Notes: generated by a model from the letters alone, not told the origin. A stretch of 50,252 nt of DNA from Candidatus Caccenecus avistercoris (GCA_018716965.1 DVJF01000036.1:1-50252), one strand, 5' to 3'. Positions 37,122-46,829 are shown, numbered from the stretch's first letter. Translations and numbers: made by a program.

Positions 37122-38690
37122 ATGAAGTTAAAAAAAGATGAAAGACTAAAAAATATTATTAAGATTAGAGATGGAGTCTATGAAATACAAATCAGTAATG
37201 GTACTCGAGATGATGGCAAACGTGATCGTATTACACAAACTGTTTATGGAACAGAAGAAGATGCAATAAATGTTAGGGATAAACTCAAAGAAGAATTGAA
37301 ATTAAAAAAGTCTAAAGGGCTTAATACTTCCAATAGTGGTTATACTTTTTTAGATGTTGCTAAAAAGTTTTTGAACGATAAGGATTATGGAAAAAGAATA
37401 GGTACTACTCTTAAAGGGTATAAGGGATATTTAAACAATTATATTATCCCTGAAATAGGTTTTAAGAAAATCAGGAATATTAAAGAATCAGATTTAAAAG
37501 CACTTTATGATAAAATGAAAAAGACTAAAGCTAGAAATTCTAATAATTTTTTAAGTGGTACAACAATTAAACATTGTCATACATTGATAGGTACTATTTT
37601 TAATTATGCAATTTTTAACAAAATGACACTTTATAATCCTGCTGAATATGTTATAAATCCCCCTACTTTTGATACTGAAGAAAGAGAATACTATGATCAT
37701 GAAGAGATTGCTCTAGCACTTAGTTACTTAAATAAATTGCCAGAACATAAGAATGGGGTTTCTGATAAAATACTTCATTCTCAAAACATTCGATTTAAAA
37801 CAGCTATAACTATTCTTTTTAATAGTGGACTTCGACGAGGTGAATTATTCGGACTAAAATGGAAAGATATTAAAAATAAAACCTGTGTTTTTAAAATTAA
37901 ACGTGCTATTGCAACTATTGATGCTGAAGAATTTGATGAAGAAGATATTATTGAAGTTTTGCCTAATGGTTTACTTTGTAAGAAATTAAAGAATGATTAT
38001 AGTAGAAGGGATATTTTAATGCCTACTTTGTGTTTTAGTTTATTAGAAGAATACAAACAAGATCAAATAAACTGTGGTTTTTCTGTTACAGATGAAGACT
38101 ACATATTTAAAAATTTACGAAATAATTGTGTTTGGAATCCTAATAATTTAACAAGAGAGTGGAGTTTGTTTATTGAGAGATTTCATTTGAAAAGTATAGA
38201 TATACATGATATTAGACATTCTCATGCAACTGATTTATTAAGTATGGGAGTACCTATTCAAGATGTTTCACGTAGACTAGGACATTCTGATATTTCTACT
38301 ACTTTAAAAATCTATGTTCATAGTAATTTAGGGCAGGATAAGCATATAGTGGATTTACTTGAAAATCAATATGTTTCTAAGGTACTTAATACTAAAGTTG
38401 TTTTATCTTTTATAATTGGAAAAAATTTGGCTACTGAAGAACAAATTAAAGAAGCAGTTAAGTATATAACTGGAATAAATATAAATGAAAATAATAGACT
38501 AAAATTGCTCTCTATATGCAAGAATTATGTATTAGATGAATATGACTATTTAAAAAATGTAACCACATTTATTGATAGTAACTCAGATGATAATATTATT
38601 GATTCATTTGTTGGTTTGTTGAATAATATGAAATTAGATATATTTAAAATAAGACCAATTAATTTTAAAGATACTTTTCGTTATGAATAG
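37122..38690 (+). CDS. int: Tyrosine integrase with C-terminal extension
   Basis: GLRRGE..GLKW.DI, HDIRHSHAT, RRLGHS, catalytic Tyr in KIYVH; SD AGGAGTGA. Confidence 0.95.
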   Translation: MKLKKDERLKNIIKIRDGVYEIQISNGTRDDGKRDRITQTVYGTEEDAINVRDKLKEELKLKKSKGLNTSNSGYTFLDVAKKFLNDKDYGKRIGTTLKGYKGYLNNYIIPEIGFKKIRNIKESDLKALYDKMKKTKARNSNNFLSGTTIKHCHTLIGTIFNYAIFNKMTLYNPAEYVINPPTFDTEEREYYDHEEIALALSYLNKLPEHKNGVSDKILHSQNIRFKTAITILFNSGLRRGELFGLKWKDIKNKTCVFKIKRAIATIDAEEFDEEDIIEVLPNGLLCKKLKNDYSRRDILMPTLCFSLLEEYKQDQINCGFSVTDEDYIFKNLRNNCVWNPNNLTREWSLFIERFHLKSIDIHDIRHSHATDLLSMGVPIQDVSRRLGHSDISTTLKIYVHSNLGQDKHIVDLLENQYVSKVLNTKVVLSFIIGKNLATEEQIKEAVKYITGININENNRLKLLSICKNYVLDEYDYLKNVTTFIDSNSDDNIIDSFVGLLNNMKLDIFKIRPINFKDTFRYE

Positions 38691-38700
38691 TATTTTTTAA

Positions 38701-38729
38701 TTGTTATTATTTCTATTTTATGGTATAAT
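38701..38729 (+). promoter_or_regulatory. SigA-like promoter facing the att site
   Basis: TTGTTA-17-TATAAT with extended TG. Confidence 0.55.
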
Positions 38730-38800
38730 ATTCATGTCAGTTAGGAGTTAAAAGGTTAATTGTTAGTTTCTGAAACTTATAGTTAGGCTAACAAGTGATG

Positions 38801-38822
38801 AACTGCCAATACAACTGCCAGT
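38801..38822 (+). repeat. Tandem direct repeat, candidate integrase arm-binding sites
   Basis: AACTGCCAAT and AACTGCCAGT, about 90 bp from the att core. Confidence 0.6.
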
Positions 38823-38913
38823 TGAATCAAATTTAAACGACGTGATAAGGGTTAGGTTAGAAATCTCATTAAGTGAATCATATTGATTCATGGTGGTTGG
38901 AGGAATTATAGGG

Positions 38914-38960
38914 AGTCTCCAAAACTTTAGTTGGGAGTTCGATTCTCTCATCCCCTGCCA
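38914..38960 (+). tRNA. 3' half of tRNA-Trp(CCA), forming the right attachment site; not an intact gene
   Basis: AGT-CTCCAAA-ACT anticodon arm, GGGAG-TTCGATT-CTCTC T arm, ATCCCCT-G-CCA end; matching 5' AGGGGAT strand and D arm are absent. Confidence 0.88.
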
Positions 38961-39035
38961 GAATGCAACTAACTCGAACTTTTACTTCTTTGTAGGTGGG
39001 TTTGCTGTTAATATAAAACTTGATACATCAAGTAG

Positions 39036-39066
39036 AAAAGACTAACAAATGCTGTTGGTCTTTTTT
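39036..39066 (+). terminator. Terminator, probably of the original tRNA gene
   Basis: AAAAGACTAACA-aatgc-TGTTGGTCTTTT plus T run. Confidence 0.75.
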
Positions 39067-39215
39067 AGAGTTTGGATGACATTAAGAGTAATTGCTATTT
39101 GTTTAATGTCTGTCTGAATGGTATCTAAAGGAAGAAAATAAATTAGTTGTAAAGTTTTGAGGAAATATATTATGGTTTCTTTTTTCTTTGCAATGAAAAA
39201 GAGGAATTAATCCTC

Positions 39216-40322
39216 TTAACTTGCTGTTAACATTACGTTTATATCTCTTTCACGGCCATTTCGAAGAATGGTTAAAGTCATTTCATCTCCAACATTGTGT
39301 TTATATAAGTAATATCTTAAGTAAGCACTTGATGAAATATCATGACCATCTACTTTGGTAATAATGTCTCTTATTTCTAGACCGGCAGCAGCGGCAGGAC
39401 TATTATCTTCAAAGTCTGTTACGATAACGCCACTTGTTACATTTGCTTCTCTAATAATATCATAATATTCACGATAGTAATAAGCTGATGTAACATCTAA
39501 CATATAAATTCCTAAATATGGTCTTTCTACTTCATTTCCACTAATTAGTTGTTCTGCATATTCAATTGCTGTTTCTATTGGTATAGCAAATCCCATACCT
39601 TCAATAGATGAACTAGCAAGTTTAATAGAAGTTATACCAATTACTTCTCCATTAGAGTTGGCAAGTGGTCCACCACTGTTACCACTGTTTATGGCAGCGT
39701 CTGTTTGAATCGTATTTACAATCATTGGTGTTTTGGTATTACCACTAGTAAGTTCTACTTGTACAAGTCTATCTTTTCCGGATACTATACCTCTTGTTAC
39801 ACTCCATGAATAAGCGCTATCTAATGGTGCACCTATAGCAAATACTGTATCACCAAGTCTAGCATCTTCACTACTACCAATTTCAGCAATAGATATGATA
39901 TAGTCTTCATCTACTGATAAAACCGCTACATCGGAATAAACATCTGCTCCTACAATATTCGCTTCTACTATTGTTCCATCTGTAAATGTTACATAAACAT
40001 CGTCCGCATTTTCAATAACGTGATTATTGGTTAATAGGTATGCTGTTTTATCTTCCGTTTTGTAAACAAATCCTGTTCCTGATGAATATGCTTCTCCATT
40101 TACATAAGTATTAACAACTACAACAGCATCGTATACTTTATCAACGGCATCAGCAATACCTTCATCTGTTACGGTAACATCTCTTTCTACTTTCGTAATA
40201 GTTTCTCCTATTACATTGGGAAATAGATAAAATATTCCATATAGGAAAAGCATTCCTAATAGAAATGTAACTATTAATATAATGCCATTTCTTAAAAACG
40301 TATTTTTTTTCTTCTCAACCAT
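39216..40322 (-). CDS. htrA: HtrA-family serine protease with PDZ domain
   Basis: TNNHV, DVAVL, DAAINSGNSGGPL, PDZ domain. Confidence 0.95.
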   Translation of the reverse strand: MVEKKKNTFLRNGIILIVTFLLGMLFLYGIFYLFPNVIGETITKVERDVTVTDEGIADAVDKVYDAVVVVNTYVNGEAYSSGTGFVYKTEDKTAYLLTNNHVIENADDVYVTFTDGTIVEANIVGADVYSDVAVLSVDEDYIISIAEIGSSEDARLGDTVFAIGAPLDSAYSWSVTRGIVSGKDRLVQVELTSGNTKTPMIVNTIQTDAAINSGNSGGPLANSNGEVIGITSIKLASSSIEGMGFAIPIETAIEYAEQLISGNEVERPYLGIYMLDVTSAYYYREYYDIIREANVTSGVIVTDFEDNSPAAAAGLEIRDIITKVDGHDISSSAYLRYYLYKHNVGDEMTLTILRNGRERDINVMLTAS

Positions 40323-40323
40323 T

Positions 40324-41262
40324 TTAATCCATCCTTACTATATCTTTAAAATTTTTAGGAAATCCCATTCGATCTAATACTTTATCAATACTTATTGTGT
40401 GAAGTCTTCCAGATAAATAATCAAGTTCATAGGAGATTTCATTTAACATGTTATGGAAATTGTCATTTCTAAGAAGCCTTTTTAAGATTATGATTAAAGC
40501 AAATAAATCGTTAATACCATAAATATATTCCCCATTCATTTTAGGAATATGTAATAGTTCATGATATTTGGTTATAGGAATTTCCTTTTGTGTTTTGTGT
40601 TCATAACAGATATCTTCATGAGCACATAAATTACGATAATTGGCTATAATAGGAAGATAGGTTAATAAACTTTCGATATCCACATTAAATAAATCAGCTA
40701 TTTTTTCTTGATCTTCTGGTTTTAATATGGTGTATAACTCTCCTACTATACCAAATGATAGCACTTTTACAACGACCCAGAGAGGAATATAACCATAGTT
40801 ACTTTGATAGTGCTTTGTTGCTGAGTGTTCTTTTCCATTTACAATTATTTGCCTTTTTACTTTTTTGACTAAATCATTCACTTGGCGAGTTTTTTTGGGG
40901 TCCGTTGTAAAATTGCTAGGATTTAAATATTTTTTCTCTTTAAATCCGTATTTGCGGGATAACTCATATGAAAGAATACTCTTTATGTTATTTTCTAAGA
41001 TTAAAATATTTTTAAATAAGATATTTCTTAGTTGTCTATCAAAATAAAATAAAGCGTATATTTCTCGGAAGTTTGTCCCATTTATAAATGTTTTGTCTTT
41101 GTTTGATTTATAAAATAGGTATCTATAACCATTAATGAAAAAATAGTTTTCACGTAATAGAATATTTTTGACATATTCTTCATCGTCAATAATTAAATTT
41201 TTTCCGCGTAAAATACTTACTTGTTCATCTAATGTCTTAAATATTTTTTCCATAGTATTCAC
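40324..41262 (-). CDS. Abi_2 (AbiD/AbiF-like) HEPN protein
   Basis: FKTLDEQ..IL, Y.FD..LR, IPLWV....LSFG, RNLCAH (RxxxxH), MGFP. Confidence 0.9.
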   Translation of the reverse strand: MNTMEKIFKTLDEQVSILRGKNLIIDDEEYVKNILLRENYFFINGYRYLFYKSNKDKTFINGTNFREIYALFYFDRQLRNILFKNILILENNIKSILSYELSRKYGFKEKKYLNPSNFTTDPKKTRQVNDLVKKVKRQIIVNGKEHSATKHYQSNYGYIPLWVVVKVLSFGIVGELYTILKPEDQEKIADLFNVDIESLLTYLPIIANYRNLCAHEDICYEHKTQKEIPITKYHELLHIPKMNGEYIYGINDLFALIIILKRLLRNDNFHNMLNEISYELDYLSGRLHTISIDKVLDRMGFPKNFKDIVRMD

Positions 41263-41388
41263 CTATTATAAATTATATCACAAAGAACAGCTATATTGTA
41301 AAAAAGTTACTTGTTACAAATGTTAATATTTTGTGAAAGTTTGGTGAAGTTAGAATTTTGTGTTATAATTAATTAAGGGGAGATAATT

Positions 41389-42336
41389 ATGAGTGCTACA
41401 TATACACATCATTTATTTACGAAGGATGTTTATAAATCTTTAGATACTAACATAAAAGAAAAGTTAGATTCTGATATTTTTAATTTGTTTGGTAAAAGTT
41501 TTGATGCGCTATTTTTTTATAAACCTAAATTAGGAAGTTATGCTCATAATCATGAAGCTAATTTGTATTTTGCTAATATAATTTATTATTTAAGAGAACA
41601 TCATGAGACACGAAATAGAGAGTTACTTTCTTATTTATATGGGTCTATTTGTCATTATGTTATGGATAGTACCGTTCATCCATTTACCTATTATTATAGT
41701 GGAAAATATGATAAGAAGAAGAAGACTACTCATAAATATCGGGGGCGTCATGATTATTTAGAATTAATGATTGATGCTATTATGTGTCAGGATAGAAATA
41801 ATAAGAAGATTTATAAAAGTTCTATTGGAAAAGAAGTTTTTCCAAAATTAAAACTTACTTCTAATTTAAAAAGTGTTCTTGACCAAGTTTATTTGGATAC
41901 TTTTCATGTTTCAAATGGTAGTAAATTATATTTAAAGGGTTACCGTAATTATAAATTTATTTTTAAGTATTGTATGCAATCTAGATTTGGTATAAAAAAG
42001 AAGATATATCAATTTATTGATGTTACGCATATTGTTCCTTCTATAAAGTTGCAGAATTTTTGTTATCATGTTTCTAAAATTGATTATAGTGTGTTAAATT
42101 TAGAACATAAGAAATGGTATTATCCAGTGGATAAGAAAATAAGTTTTCATTATTCTTTTTATGATCTTTATGATGTGGCCTTAGTGAGAGCTAAAAAGAT
42201 TATAACTTTACTTGATCAAGTAATAGATCAAGATGAAGTAAAGGTTAAAAAAGCCATCAAAGAAATTGGAAATTTAGGTTATGGAACGGGAGTAAGTGAA
42301 AAAAGAAAAGTTACCATGAAATATTTTGCTAATTAA
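41389..42336 (+). CDS. Zinc-dependent phospholipase C-family protein
   Basis: N-terminal TH, GSICHYVMDSTVHPF, H..LE..ID. Confidence 0.8.
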   Translation: MSATYTHHLFTKDVYKSLDTNIKEKLDSDIFNLFGKSFDALFFYKPKLGSYAHNHEANLYFANIIYYLREHHETRNRELLSYLYGSICHYVMDSTVHPFTYYYSGKYDKKKKTTHKYRGRHDYLELMIDAIMCQDRNNKKIYKSSIGKEVFPKLKLTSNLKSVLDQVYLDTFHVSNGSKLYLKGYRNYKFIFKYCMQSRFGIKKKIYQFIDVTHIVPSIKLQNFCYHVSKIDYSVLNLEHKKWYYPVDKKISFHYSFYDLYDVALVRAKKIITLLDQVIDQDEVKVKKAIKEIGNLGYGTGVSEKRKVTMKYFAN

Positions 42337-42982
42337 AGTAGCTTATTAAAGCATCTTTGATTAAGATAGCTAGTTTTTGTTGGTATTCTTCGGTAATTAA
42401 CTTGCTTTTTTCACTAGGATTAGATAAAAAACCACATTCAATTAAGACACCAGGAACATTTAGTTTATCATACATGTATGTTTTACTGGGAATAGGTTTT
42501 ATTTTTCGGTCAGTATTTAAATTGGTATTTAATGTATTTTGGATAATAGTAGCTAGATTTTCTGTATCCTTATTATCATAGAATACTTGTGGACCATAGT
42601 AAGCACTATTTGTTAAATAATTTAAATGAATTGATAAATAAATATCTGCCTTACTATCATTAATAAGATTAATGCGATTATCAAAGTCGCTTTTTTTACG
42701 CCATCTAGCATTAGGGACAGATAAGTCATAATCATCATTTCTCGTTAATATTACTGTAGCTCCAGCTTTTGATAATTCTATTTCTAAAGCTTTACTGATA
42801 GCTAGATTTATGTTGCTTTCATAAGTTGTATCACTAATAGTTCCGGGGTCTTTGCCGCCATGTCCGGGGTCGATTACAATTATTTTACCACTTAAGGGCA
42901 TAAGAGCATTTACCTTAGTGTTAATAAATAAGGCAGATAAAAGAAGCAATATTAAAATTACTATTTTAAATTTTGTTTTCAT
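42329..42982 (-). CDS. cwlD: N-acetylmuramoyl-L-alanine amidase, CwlD-like
   Basis: IDPGHGG, ESNINL, KKSDFDNR, SIHLN, LIECGFLSN; single domain with signal sequence. Confidence 0.75.
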   Translation of the reverse strand: MKTKFKIVILILLLLSALFINTKVNALMPLSGKIIVIDPGHGGKDPGTISDTTYESNINLAISKALEIELSKAGATVILTRNDDYDLSVPNARWRKKSDFDNRINLINDSKADIYLSIHLNYLTNSAYYGPQVFYDNKDTENLATIIQNTLNTNLNTDRKIKPIPSKTYMYDKLNVPGVLIECGFLSNPSEKSKLITEEYQQKLAILIKDALISYFN

Positions 42983-43006
42983 ATTACATTATATAAAAAA
43001 ATAGCC

Positions 43007-44008
43007 TTAGCTATTCTTTAAAATTTCATTTATTTCTTCTTGATTTCTTTTGTTGTATCCTACTAGCATTTTGTCATTTTTGTTACTAATATTTGTAATT
43101 ATTTCTTTTATTAACTCACTTGATTTTTTAAAAGCATCTGTATTTAGAATGTGATAGGTTTTACCATTATTATCCATTACAAAGATGTTTTTAGCGGTTG
43201 TAATACCATATTGTTTTACTTTATGTTCATATATCCATATTAAATTGCTATATTTTAAAATATTTAGACCACTTGTGAAGCTGATTAGATAATTATTGGT
43301 TAATATTAAATGGTAATTGCTGTAATATTTGGCATCATCACTATCTAATTCTTGCTCTAAAGTATTTAGTTCCTCCTCTGTTAATTTTGATAATCTTTTT
43401 TTAGTTTTTACTTTTTTAGTAATAAAGATGATTAGAAATATTAAAGAGATGGAAAAAGGAATAATGCTTAGAAGATAAAAGCTGGAATTTAATTTTTTTA
43501 GGGATGTATTGTTTAAGTATACTTCTCCAAAATAGTTATTAAAATTATCCATAGAAATTTGGTCTTCTTCTTCAAGTCCATCATTATATACTTCTATAGC
43601 TATTTCTTTTACTTCTTCAGGAATAGCTGTAGTAATACCATAAATTGTTAGAGGATCTTCTTCTAATCCCTCTACATTTAATTTAGCATATAAATCATTA
43701 CTTAAATAAGCAATATAAAAATAGGTACCATCAAAAATGATGTAAAAAGCCTCTTTATCTTCATCTTCATATTTGGCTATAGAATATGGAGCTTGGGCAA
43801 CATTTAAGTAGGCATAAGCCCCTGTTTCATTGTTTTTATTTTCAATTATATCATTTAAATAATCATAATTTGCTTCGTTCTTTCGGTTTTCATAAATACC
43901 AAAAGCGATAAATAGTGCTCCTAGTACTAAAAAGATTATAAAGATATATAAGCTATTGTTTAGTTTTTTGATTTCTTTTTTTAAAGTAATATTTTTTATT
44001 TTTTTCAT
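43007..44008 (-). CDS. Two-TM membrane protein of unknown function
   Basis: Two hydrophobic helices; SD AGAGGAG before ATG 44008. Confidence 0.78.
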   Translation of the reverse strand: MKKIKNITLKKEIKKLNNSLYIFIIFLVLGALFIAFGIYENRKNEANYDYLNDIIENKNNETGAYAYLNVAQAPYSIAKYEDEDKEAFYIIFDGTYFYIAYLSNDLYAKLNVEGLEEDPLTIYGITTAIPEEVKEIAIEVYNDGLEEEDQISMDNFNNYFGEVYLNNTSLKKLNSSFYLLSIIPFSISLIFLIIFITKKVKTKKRLSKLTEEELNTLEQELDSDDAKYYSNYHLILTNNYLISFTSGLNILKYSNLIWIYEHKVKQYGITTAKNIFVMDNNGKTYHILNTDAFKKSSELIKEIITNISNKNDKMLVGYNKRNQEEINEILKNS

Positions 44009-44197
44009 ATAATATCTCCTCTTTAAATGTCTATATATTAACACAAAAAAGGCTTTTTGACAAATTTTTCACTTGTTTGGTATAAAATGGTAATATTTTG
44101 GACATAGCAATTGATTTCTCATATAAAAATATGTTAAAATTATATCGGATATAATTTTGCTATATATAACATGAGATTTCGTATGAAAGGAGATCTT

Positions 44198-44455
44198 ATG
44201 TTATATATTAAAGAAACGAGAGGCGATATCTTTGAATTAATTGGTGCTAATGTCCGATATTATCGTGGTCTTTATAATCTTAATCATCCTAATAATAGAA
44301 TAAGTCAAGCCAAAATAGCGCATATGTGTAATGTTTCAACGGGATTAATTGGTTCTTTAGAAACTGGGAAAGTTCAAGGAATTAGTATTCCCGTACTTTG
44401 GAATATCTCACAAATTTTGGGTGTTAGCATTGATAAGTTTTTTGAAAATCGATAA
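44198..44455 (+). CDS. XRE HTH regulator
   Basis: IGANVRYYR, SQAKIA, IGSLE; SD GAAAGGAG. Confidence 0.88.
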   Translation: MLYIKETRGDIFELIGANVRYYRGLYNLNHPNNRISQAKIAHMCNVSTGLIGSLETGKVQGISIPVLWNISQILGVSIDKFFENR

Positions 44456-44481
44456 TTTCTCTTTCTAAAAAAACAGATACA

Positions 44482-44790
44482 TTATTGCGTATCTGTTTTT
44501 CTAATAATCATTTCATCATCTTTTGTATATAAAAATTTCTCTTTGGCATATCTTTCTACATATTCAGGGTCTTGAAGTTTTTCTACTTCGGCTTTTAAAG
44601 CTTCTTCGGTATCAAGTAGTTCTTCATAAGAACTTTCTAGAAGAGTTATTTCTTTTTTATTTTTCATAATTTTAAGCCAGTCTGGGAAGATATTAATACA
44701 AGTAAAGCCAATTATGAAGATAAAAGCCATAATAAAAAGCGTTAATCTACGTCGTTCTTTTTTGGTTACTTTGTGTTTTATTTTGATCAC
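44482..44790 (-). CDS. divIC: Septum formation initiator DivIC
   Basis: TM, coiled coil, LQDPEYVERYAKEK; follows yabP-yabQ. Confidence 0.9.
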   Translation of the reverse strand: MIKIKHKVTKKERRRLTLFIMAFIFIIGFTCINIFPDWLKIMKNKKEITLLESSYEELLDTEEALKAEVEKLQDPEYVERYAKEKFLYTKDDEMIIRKTDTQ

Positions 44791-45124
44791 CCCTATTTTT
44801 TATAGTATAACATTTCTTTTTTATTTTTTCAATAAATGAGCGACATTTTACATTTTTTAACATTTTTTGAGTGAGTTTTAAATTTGTAAAAAAGCCTAAG
44901 GTAATCATAATAAAGAAATAAAAATGGAAAATTCCATTATTTATTTTAAAGATGATAATAATATATAGCAAAACAATATTATACATAAATAAAATGGTAA
45001 TTAGACTTTGATAAAATCTCTTTTTGTTTTTGATTAGCTTATAATTTAGTTTCATTAAATAGTAAAATATAAATCCATAAAGAAAAGAGGCACCTAATGT
45101 TATTAGTTGGAGAGAAGCAGGCAT
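44747..45124 (-). CDS. yabQ: Spore cortex protein YabQ-like
   Basis: Hydrophobic, INNG motif; synteny between yabP and divIC. Confidence 0.75.
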   Translation of the reverse strand: MPASLQLITLGASFLYGFIFYYLMKLNYKLIKNKKRFYQSLITILFMYNIVLLYIIIIFKINNGIFHFYFFIMITLGFFTNLKLTQKMLKNVKCRSFIEKIKKKCYTIKNRGDQNKTQSNQKRTT

Positions 45125-45411
45125 TATTTAAATAATTTGGAAATAATACTTTCTTCTTTGCCTTTTTCTTTGTTATCTAAGTAGTTAAAACCATTAATTT
45201 TGCCTTTTATTTTGACATTGCCATCATGAGTATCTAGTTTCATTATTTCTAAGTTTGTTCCTTTGATTAAAATAACGCCCATGTTACTTTCTAGTAGAAA
45301 TTCTTCGGAATCAAAACTAGTTATCTTTTTAATACCAGATAGTGATATTTCTCTTCTATCAATTAATTTTAATTCATGTGAACCAAATTCTATAATCTCT
45401 TTATTTTCCAT
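45124..45411 (-). CDS. yabP: Sporulation protein YabP
   Basis: H.L.L.DR..I.LSG...I.SFD.EEFLLE..MG...IKG..L. Confidence 0.93.
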   Translation of the reverse strand: MENKEIIEFGSHELKLIDRREISLSGIKKITSFDSEEFLLESNMGVILIKGTNLEIMKLDTHDGNVKIKGKINGFNYLDNKEKGKEESIISKLFK

Positions 45412-45430
45412 AATCATCATCCTTTGTATA

Positions 45431-45459
45431 AGTTTATGCTTTAAGAATTCTAATTATGA
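45431..45459 (-). promoter_or_regulatory. SigE-type sporulation promoter of yabP
   Basis: TCATAAT-14-CATAAACT; yabP is SigE-controlled in Bacillus subtilis. Confidence 0.7.
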
Positions 45460-45460
45460 A

Positions 45461-45482
45461 AAAACTTGGTTTCCCAAGTTTT
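45461..45482 (-). terminator. spoVG terminator
   Basis: AAAACTTGG-tttc-CCAAGTTTT. Confidence 0.7.
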
Positions 45483-45738
45483 ATTCTGCTTCGTTATATG
45501 CTTTTATAATAGCATCTTCGAACATTTTACGTACATCTGGATTAATTGGATGAGCGATATCTCTGTATCCACCAGTAGCCGTTTTTCTACTAGGCATGGC
45601 TATAAATAAACCATTATCTCCTTCAATTATTCTGATGTCATGAACAGCAAAAGAATCATCTAATAGCACTGATGCTATACCTTTCATTCTTGAGCCCTCT
45701 TTTTCGATCTTGCGAACGTTTACTGATGTAATTTGCAT
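45481..45738 (-). CDS. spoVG: SpoVG
   Basis: [28 protein letters not shown]. Confidence 0.97.
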   Translation of the reverse strand: MQITSVNVRKIEKEGSRMKGIASVLLDDSFAVHDIRIIEGDNGLFIAMPSRKTATGGYRDIAHPINPDVRKMFEDAIIKAYNEAE

Positions 45739-45819
45739 AAATATTCTTCCCTTCTAAGTTTTTCAACTTATTTATATTTTATAGCAAAATCTTCCAACTT
45801 TCAAGTGTTTTACATGTAT

Positions 45820-46035
45820 TTACAAATATTTTATTTTAATATCACCTGTATAGACATCACGGTACGTAAAACTTTTTTCACTTCCATTCTCTAAAATTGT
45901 GAAAATGTTGGGATATATGGCATTGATTTTACCAGTATATTCACTTGTTTTACCACGCATTCCAAATACTTTTATCGCAACCGTGCGATTTAAATTTTTC
46001 TTAATTTCTTCTTTTACTTTTTCGGTGTTCGTAAT
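45820..46035 (-). CDS. veg: Veg-family protein with non-canonical start (not in the ORF track)
   Basis: NTEKVKEEIKKNLNRTVAIKVFGMRGK...G.I..IYPNIF......KSFTYRDVYTG; follows yabG; SD GGAGG then ATT/ACG. Confidence 0.85.
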   Translation of the reverse strand: MTNTEKVKEEIKKNLNRTVAIKVFGMRGKTSEYTGKINAIYPNIFTILENGSEKSFTYRDVYTGDIKIKYL

Positions 46036-46043
46036 AAAACCTC

Positions 46044-46829
46044 CTATCTTGGGTAACCTACATACATGAGACCATTACATTTTAATCCTCCTATACCATT
46101 ATGACCATATTTGGTTTTATCAAGTAAGCTTATTAGATTTATTTCTTTACTTCTTTCAGTTAAAGCAAGAGTTGTGGCAATAATCGCTGGGTCAAGGGCA
46201 TGAATATTTATTCTACCGGGGCTTGATGCAAAATTAGCACCAGCTTTAATTAATTCTTCATAATTACTTTGACATGCTCCGGCAATAATAACTAGTTTTT
46301 CATGAGAAAACTCATAGTTTCTAGCTACTTTAACGGCTTTAATAAAGTTGGCAGAATTTTTATAATTTTTTAAGTCATCTATTCTTCCTTTTTTACGGTA
46401 ATAGGCATCATGACCTGTAATAATCACTATATTGGGTTTGAATTCTCTTAAAAGAGGGAGTATGGCTTCATAGATGTGGCTTTCGTTTATTTTTCTTCCA
46501 ACAGCGAGTACGCCTTTTTTTTTATAAAACTTTAGACATTTTTCTAAGTATTCTTTATCCCCGTCAATATGTAATATTTTAGCTGGTAAATAGAAATAGT
46601 CGCTTCTGTCTTCTGGTAGTTCTGGAGTTATAATTTCGTCTGTTAAATCTAGAGTATCTTTTTCTAAAAATTTTACTAAATCACTTTCAGGACTATCAGC
46701 ATATAATCTAATTTCAACTCCTTTTAAATAATAAATATCATTTTTGATATTGGTAATTTTAAATACGGTATCATGATTGTAGCTTTTTCTTGTAACTAAG
46801 TCTCCACGTTTTAATTTCATAAGATCCAC
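46044..46829 (-). CDS. yabG: Sporulation peptidase YabG
   Basis: GDLVTRKSY, RLYADSP, LHIDGD, ITGHD, AGACQS, GANFASSP. Confidence 0.95.
   Translation of the reverse strand: MDLMKLKRGDLVTRKSYNHDTVFKITNIKNDIYYLKGVEIRLYADSPESDLVKFLEKDTLDLTDEIITPELPEDRSDYFYLPAKILHIDGDKEYLEKCLKFYKKKGVLAVGRKINESHIYEAILPLLREFKPNIVIITGHDAYYRKKGRIDDLKNYKNSANFIKAVKVARNYEFSHEKLVIIAGACQSNYEELIKAGANFASSPGRINIHALDPAIIATTLALTERSKEINLISLLDKTKYGHNGIGGLKCNGLMYVGYPR

Larger units (their letters stand above)
1..38960 (+). mobile_element. Integrative conjugative element (MOBP relaxase, Firmicute-type T4SS, tyrosine integrase) inserted at tRNA-Trp; left boundary not visible
   Basis: Co-directional relaxase, mobC, VirD4, VirB4, PrgI and CHAP genes; excisionase and integrase next to a tRNA 3' half at 38914-38960; housekeeping genes resume after ~39200. 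Confidence 0.9.

Noticed and set aside
38763..38951. 62-aa minus-strand ORF (MRESNSQL...)
   Set aside because: Typical antisense reading of a tRNA; no SD or protein motif.
38885..38960. Intact tRNA-Trp gene
   Set aside because: No 5' acceptor strand or D arm; only the 3' half is present.
206..45553. Short antisense ORFs in the track (e.g. 206-400, 1170-1481, 7084-7323, 17589-17885, 25028-25240, 28513-29064, 42357-42581, 45263-45553)
   Set aside because: Shadows of well-supported genes on the other strand, without SD or motifs.
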